Shown: positions 15,838-20,000 of the stretch, piece after piece | Layout: every line of letters starts with the position of its first letter | How positions within the stretch are numbered: the first letter of the stretch is position 1 | DNA from: an uncultured virus (IMG/VR IMGVR_UViG_3300027212_000008) | Taxonomy: Duplodnaviria > Heunggongvirae > Uroviricota > Caudoviricetes > Crassvirales | Virus record (IMG/VR): IMGVR_UViG_3300027212_000008 | Direction: 5' to 3' (one strand) | Length of the DNA stretch: 20,000 nt | Notes under the pieces: model-generated | Seen by the model: the letters and a program-made list of their open reading frames with translations, nothing else | What the model was told of the DNA's origin: nothing | The model's database searches: none | Made by a program: the position numbers and the translations under genes

Positions 15838-16108
15838 TGAAGCAATAGAAAACGAAGGTTCTTCAAAAGGAGTAGAATCAATAGTAAAGATTACTAGAAA
15901 AGAATTTGAAGACGGTAGTCACGAAGAAACTAAAGTAGAACAAGTAGACGGAGGATTTATTACTACTATCTGTAAAAGATACAAAGATAAAGACGGATGC
16001 TGGCAATACTCAGACGAAAAGTCTGTAAGCACAGAAGACCCTAACAAAGATGAGTCTTCTGAAGGAATCGCAAGTAGATTAGAATCAGTACTTAAAGGCC
16101 TAATGTAA
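15830..16108 (+). CDS. Hypothetical acidic protein
   Basis: 92 aa, overlapping or coupled to both neighbours. Confidence 0.6.
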   Translation: MDNEAIENEGSSKGVESIVKITRKEFEDGSHEETKVEQVDGGFITTICKRYKDKDGCWQYSDEKSVSTEDPNKDESSEGIASRLESVLKGLM

Positions 16109-16932
16109 TGTACGCAGGAAAGACAGTTTCATATAAAGCAATCCTTGATAAAACCATCAGGGATTTCGGCTTTAACTACGATATCCACGAAGAGGAAGGA
16201 ATAGAATGGTTAGCAGAATTTATGGCTCACACTAATGTAGGTGTGACTATGGAGGAGAAAATTGCTTATATTGAAATCTGTGATGGACGCGGAGATTTAC
16301 CTTTTGATTTATACAAAATAGGGCAAGTAGCTCACGTTACAGGTGTTGCTTCTATTGAGGAAGCAGAATGTGGAGGAGGTAAAATGTTTCCAATGCGTTG
16401 GAAAACAGATTACTTTCACAAGAGATATCACCGTGACGAGCGGGACTACACTACTGAATCTAGAGAAACTTACACAGTTGGCCAAGGATACATTTTCCCA
16501 TCAATGCATGCGGGAATACTAGCAATGTCTTACAGCGCTATTCCTACGGACGAATGTGGCTATCCTACTATTCCTGCAGAACAACAATGGTTGGAAGCAG
16601 GAGCACATTATATTGCTCATAAAATAGCAAGAAAATTGTGGATACGCAACGAATTAACCGCTGATAAGTTTCAGATTATAGAACGAGATAAAGAATGGTA
16701 CTTTGCTCAAGCAGTTAATCATGCTAAACAATGGCATAACGTTGATGAAGCAGAAAGTGTTAAAAACAGTGTAGTAAGAACTATACCTGACCTACAAGCA
16801 CATGCTTCTTTCTTTGCTAATATGCAACTCCCTGAACAACGTAAGTTTAGGCCAAAAGCAGGCATAGGTTTAGTATCTACTATTAATGTTATTAGTCAAA
16901 GTACTCAAGGAGGTAATCCAGCTACTACATAA
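16108..16932 (+). CDS. Tail ring protein (R1-type, tail tubular/adaptor)
   Basis: 274 aa; GRGDLPFDLY, YSAIPTDECGYPTIP and WYFAQA motifs; immediately before the muzzle gene. Confidence 0.75.
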   Translation: MYAGKTVSYKAILDKTIRDFGFNYDIHEEEGIEWLAEFMAHTNVGVTMEEKIAYIEICDGRGDLPFDLYKIGQVAHVTGVASIEEAECGGGKMFPMRWKTDYFHKRYHRDERDYTTESRETYTVGQGYIFPSMHAGILAMSYSAIPTDECGYPTIPAEQQWLEAGAHYIAHKIARKLWIRNELTADKFQIIERDKEWYFAQAVNHAKQWHNVDEAESVKNSVVRTIPDLQAHASFFANMQLPEQRKFRPKAGIGLVSTINVISQSTQGGNPATT

Positions 16933-19900
16933 TGGAAAAACAAGTTAACGCATACCAAGGAATGAATAAGGATGCTGGCTATGACAGTATCCCTAATACT
17001 CATTATATTAATGCCGTAGATATTAGAATAACTACGACTACAGGAGAATCTATGGGGTCTTTTACTAATATAAAAGGTAACGTAGAATCTTTTTCTGTGC
17101 CCCAAGAAGGTTCAGGATTGAGCGAGATAATTGGATATACTACAATTAGAGATAAGATTATTTTATTTGTAGCAGATGATTCGGGAATTGGTGGTTGGAT
17201 TTATTTAGTAAAATACAACCCTGCTACTAGAGTAGTAGATAATTCTATATATCCTGAGTTACTATATACAGCAACAGAGTTAAATTTTAATAAAACAAAT
17301 CCTATCGAAGCTATAGGAAGATTCGAGTCTGACTGTATTCAAAGAGTTTACTGGACAGATTTTGAGAACTACCTAAGATCGATTAATATTTCTGACCCTA
17401 ACATTCTTACATTCGATCCTAACTTAATAGATATCTTTCCTGCAGTAACTTACCAACAGCCACTGTTAACAGCTATTTTAGGAAGTGGAAGTTTGCTAGT
17501 AGGAGAATATCAAGTTGCTTATCTTCTACGCACAGATGACGGTAAAGAAACACTAATATCTCCTCCTAGTAATTTAATACACATTACTGATACTTCAGAA
17601 TCTTTAGGACAGTCTGCACAATATCGAGGAAATATTAAAGGAACTAATTCTGGAAAAGCTATTCAAGTAACTATAGATACTACCGACTACGTAGGGGTAT
17701 TTAAAGAAATGGATATTATTTCTGTATTTCATGAAGATTTAGCAGGAACTCCTTCAGTTACATATATAGAAACTAAAGATGTTATTGGAACTTCTTTACA
17801 ATTTACTATAACAGGAAACGAGACAGGGAGTTTCCCTATTGAATTTTTTACTTATACTCTTAAGAACTACCCTTTTAAAACTTGTAAAACTCTTACACAA
17901 AAAGATAATTCCTTAGTAGTAGCTAATATTAAATCTTCAGTTTTTGATGTACAAGCAATAATACCTGGAATCTTTGACGCAAAGACTAAAAGATATAATT
18001 ATTTAGGTAACGATTGGAATACTGAAAATCCTCTTGGACCAGTTAAAACAGAACTAGATTTAGCTTTTAATACTAACTATAATTTAGATGCTCATTGGGA
18101 TTCTGATTGGCATGTAAACGAACAGTACCGATATAAATCTGACGGAGTTACTCTAGGAGGAGAAGGTCCTAATATTAGTTATAAATTTCATTTAGAAAAG
18201 TTTACTGTAGATGGTAATAATGCTACCGTAGGATTTGCTAACGTAGCTAACGTACCTGATACATATGCGCATGATTTACAAGACGGTTACGTTTATAACA
18301 ATACTACGTACCCCAACAATGCCTCTCCTTTTATCTCAGGATTGTTGCGAGGTTATAAACGCGGAGAAACTTATAGATTTGGTATAATCTTTTATAACGT
18401 AAAAGGAGAAGCTTCTTTTGTAGAATATATTGGAGATATTAAATTCCCTGATATCTCTGAACAAGATGCTACTCCTAATTCATCAGGAACTGACTATTTT
18501 CCTCTTAGTAACGTAGCATCATCAAAAACTACTGCTTATGCTATGGGGATAGAATTTACTTTTAATTTTCCGCCTGAGTTACTAGCAATTATTACTAGTT
18601 ATCAAATAGTAAGAGTAAAAAGAAACATTGCTGATACTAGGAGATTAACTCAAGGAATTATAAAACCTTTCTGGCATAATCCAGTAATATCTCCAGGTTC
18701 AGGAATAAATTGGGATTTACGAGTAAATAGTAGTACTAATGTTTACCACCTAATGCCTGTTTACCCTATAGGACCTCCTCCTTTAATTTTTAAAAATCCA
18801 GGCACTTTTAATACATTAAATAATAATGTGCACGGAGATTATGCGGATTATATTATACAGCCAACTTGCTTAGGATACTTTTCTCCAGAAATAAGTTACG
18901 ATTTTAACACAGTAAAAGATATAGCAACTACTTTTACTACAGCTCCTTGCTTATTAATTACAGGTGCTTATACAGACTTTCAGCTACAACAAGACACATC
19001 AGTTCCTGATAAAGATTTAAGTGGAATAGATTTATCAGGTACTTGTATAGATAAACGGAATAATGCTACTACTACCGATCCTGTTTCTTTTAACAGCATA
19101 GAAAATATTAGAAAATGGAAAAAAAATCGTTACATTAAAATGGATGATGATAACAATTACGGTGAAAATAGTCCAGAATCTTCTTTAGAAATTAATACTG
19201 GGGAGTGGATGAGGAATTATTATGCTGCTGATAATTTTAGTACAGGACCTTCTAATTCCCATTTAAATGATCCAGAATTAAATTCTGGGACTACTACAAT
19301 TAAATCTATTCTATTTAAAGGAGGAAGTAATATATTCGGGAATATAGAAAAAATTTCTTTAGACCCTATTACAGGAAACGGTGTCCCTACAGTTCCTGGC
19401 ACTGAATATTTTAATACTCCTTCTGGAGTGGGTCCTTTAGATATCTCAACACTAGATATTGCAGTTCCTATTGTAGATACTGTAATTCCTAAATTAGAAG
19501 TTTACGGAGGATTTGATCAATCTGTCCTAGAAACAAATATATTCCAAGTAGCATCCCCTGTAATAGACAAAGCAAACACAAGTCCTAGAGTATTTGGAGG
19601 AGATATTTTCTTAAATACTGTCACACTGCAGACCGCAACTATGTCTTTAAATACAGTATTTTATAAGCAGCAAAGTCCCAAAAGAGATTACCTATCTAAT
19701 TCTTCTAGAACAGAATTATATACGATGGAATCTACTATCAATATAGACCTTGCACACGGTACTACTCTTAAAACAGGAGTTAAGTACTTAACTACAAGTG
19801 TAGAAGAAGTAGTATTAAGACAAGAAAATAATAATACTACTTATGGATATGGGATAGGTACAGACATGTACGCGTACAACACAGCATATTCTAGAGAAAA

Positions 19901-20000
19901 CGAAGATTTAGCTTTTGGAGTTAGCCCTTTAAATGACGGAGACTGTGGAGGAAATGATATACGAGCTTATTTATCCAAAGTAAAAATCAATGAAGAGTTA
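16932..20000 (+). CDS. Muzzle / tail stabilisation protein (3'-truncated; not in ORF track)
   Basis: TAATG-coupled start MEKQVNAYQGMNKD. Spot checks give RVYWTD, GYKRGETYRFGIIFYNVKG, VFGGDIF and YLSKVKINEE in the same frame, consistent with about 1023 codons open to the window end. Confidence 0.85.
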   Translation, partial: MEKQVNAYQGMNKDAGYDSIPNTHYINAVDIRITTTTGESMGSFTNIKGNVESFSVPQEGSGLSEIIGYTTIRDKIILFVADDSGIGGWIYLVKYNPATRVVDNSIYPELLYTATELNFNKTNPIEAIGRFESDCIQRVYWTDFENYLRSINISDPNILTFDPNLIDIFPAVTYQQPLLTAILGSGSLLVGEYQVAYLLRTDDGKETLISPPSNLIHITDTSESLGQSAQYRGNIKGTNSGKAIQVTIDTTDYVGVFKEMDIISVFHEDLAGTPSVTYIETKDVIGTSLQFTITGNETGSFPIEFFTYTLKNYPFKTCKTLTQKDNSLVVANIKSSVFDVQAIIPGIFDAKTKRYNYLGNDWNTENPLGPVKTELDLAFNTNYNLDAHWDSDWHVNEQYRYKSDGVTLGGEGPNISYKFHLEKFTVDGNNATVGFANVANVPDTYAHDLQDGYVYNNTTYPNNASPFISGLLRGYKRGETYRFGIIFYNVKGEASFVEYIGDIKFPDISEQDATPNSSGTDYFPLSNVASSKTTAYAMGIEFTFNFPPELLAIITSYQIVRVKRNIADTRRLTQGIIKPFWHNPVISPGSGINWDLRVNSSTNVYHLMPVYPIGPPPLIFKNPGTFNTLNNNVHGDYADYIIQPTCLGYFSPEISYDFNTVKDIATTFTTAPCLLITGAYTDFQLQQDTSVPDKDLSGIDLSGTCIDKRNNATTTDPVSFNSIENIRKWKKNRYIKMDDDNNYGENSPESSLEINTGEWMRNYYAADNFSTGPSNSHLNDPELNSGTTTIKSILFKGGSNIFGNIEKISLDPITGNGVPTVPGTEYFNTPSGVGPLDISTLDIAVPIVDTVIPKLEVYGGFDQSVLETNIFQVASPVIDKANTSPRVFGGDIFLNTVTLQTATMSLNTVFYKQQSPKRDYLSNSSRTELYTMESTINIDLAHGTTLKTGVKYLTTSVEEVVLRQENNNTTYGYGIGTDMYAYNTAYSRENEDLAFGVSPLNDGDCGGNDIRAYLSKVKINEEL

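Noticed and set aside
1456..19402. Minus-strand ORFs in the track (1456, 1670, 3156, 4400, 5253, 5918, 6657, 11420, 13307, 16905, 19220)
   Set aside because: Short antisense shadows of long, well-supported plus-strand genes, with no recognisable motifs.
19922..19927. Third TAGCCC
   Set aside because: Inside coding sequence, with no GGGCTA partner 26 nt downstream.
16933..20000. Apparent 3-kb ORF-free region (possible ncRNA or recoded DNA)
   Set aside because: It reads as a single gene from 16932 lacking a stop within the window (muzzle protein).
1..20000. tRNA, rRNA, CRISPR array, intron/intein
   Set aside because: Intergenic gaps are 100 nt or less and show no cloverleaf or repeat-spacer pattern. 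No intein or homing-endonuclease motifs noticed by eye.

Overview
An AT-rich, tightly packed, all-plus-strand phage virion and lysis operon with Crassvirales (crAss-like) gene order, probably infecting a Bacteroidota host (A-rich leaders without Shine-Dalgarno sequences, TAnnTTTG-type promoter motif). Order: portal (5'-truncated), scaffold-like protein, major capsid protein, conserved 'gene 75' protein, ring protein, auxiliary capsid protein, Cys-rich tail hub, a cluster of small fibre/adhesin genes, a lysis cassette (u-spanin-like lipoprotein, holin, small membrane protein, TIGR02594/NlpC-P60-like endolysin), two small ORFs missing from the ORF track, ring protein, IHF/HU-like protein, acidic protein, ring protein, and a >1000-aa muzzle protein running off the 3' end. 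Product calls rest on motif recognition and synteny recalled from crAss-like phages, not on searches. The most unusual signal is non-coding. Two intergenic regions share the exact geometry TAGCCC-N26-GGGCTA-N16-TA(promoter-like). The loop of the second hairpin (ATTTTGCTGTCG, 8110-8121) is the reverse complement of a GACAGCAAA motif just before the start codons of the two genes flanking the major capsid gene. This suggests a possibly undescribed antisense or operator circuit controlling capsid assembly genes.
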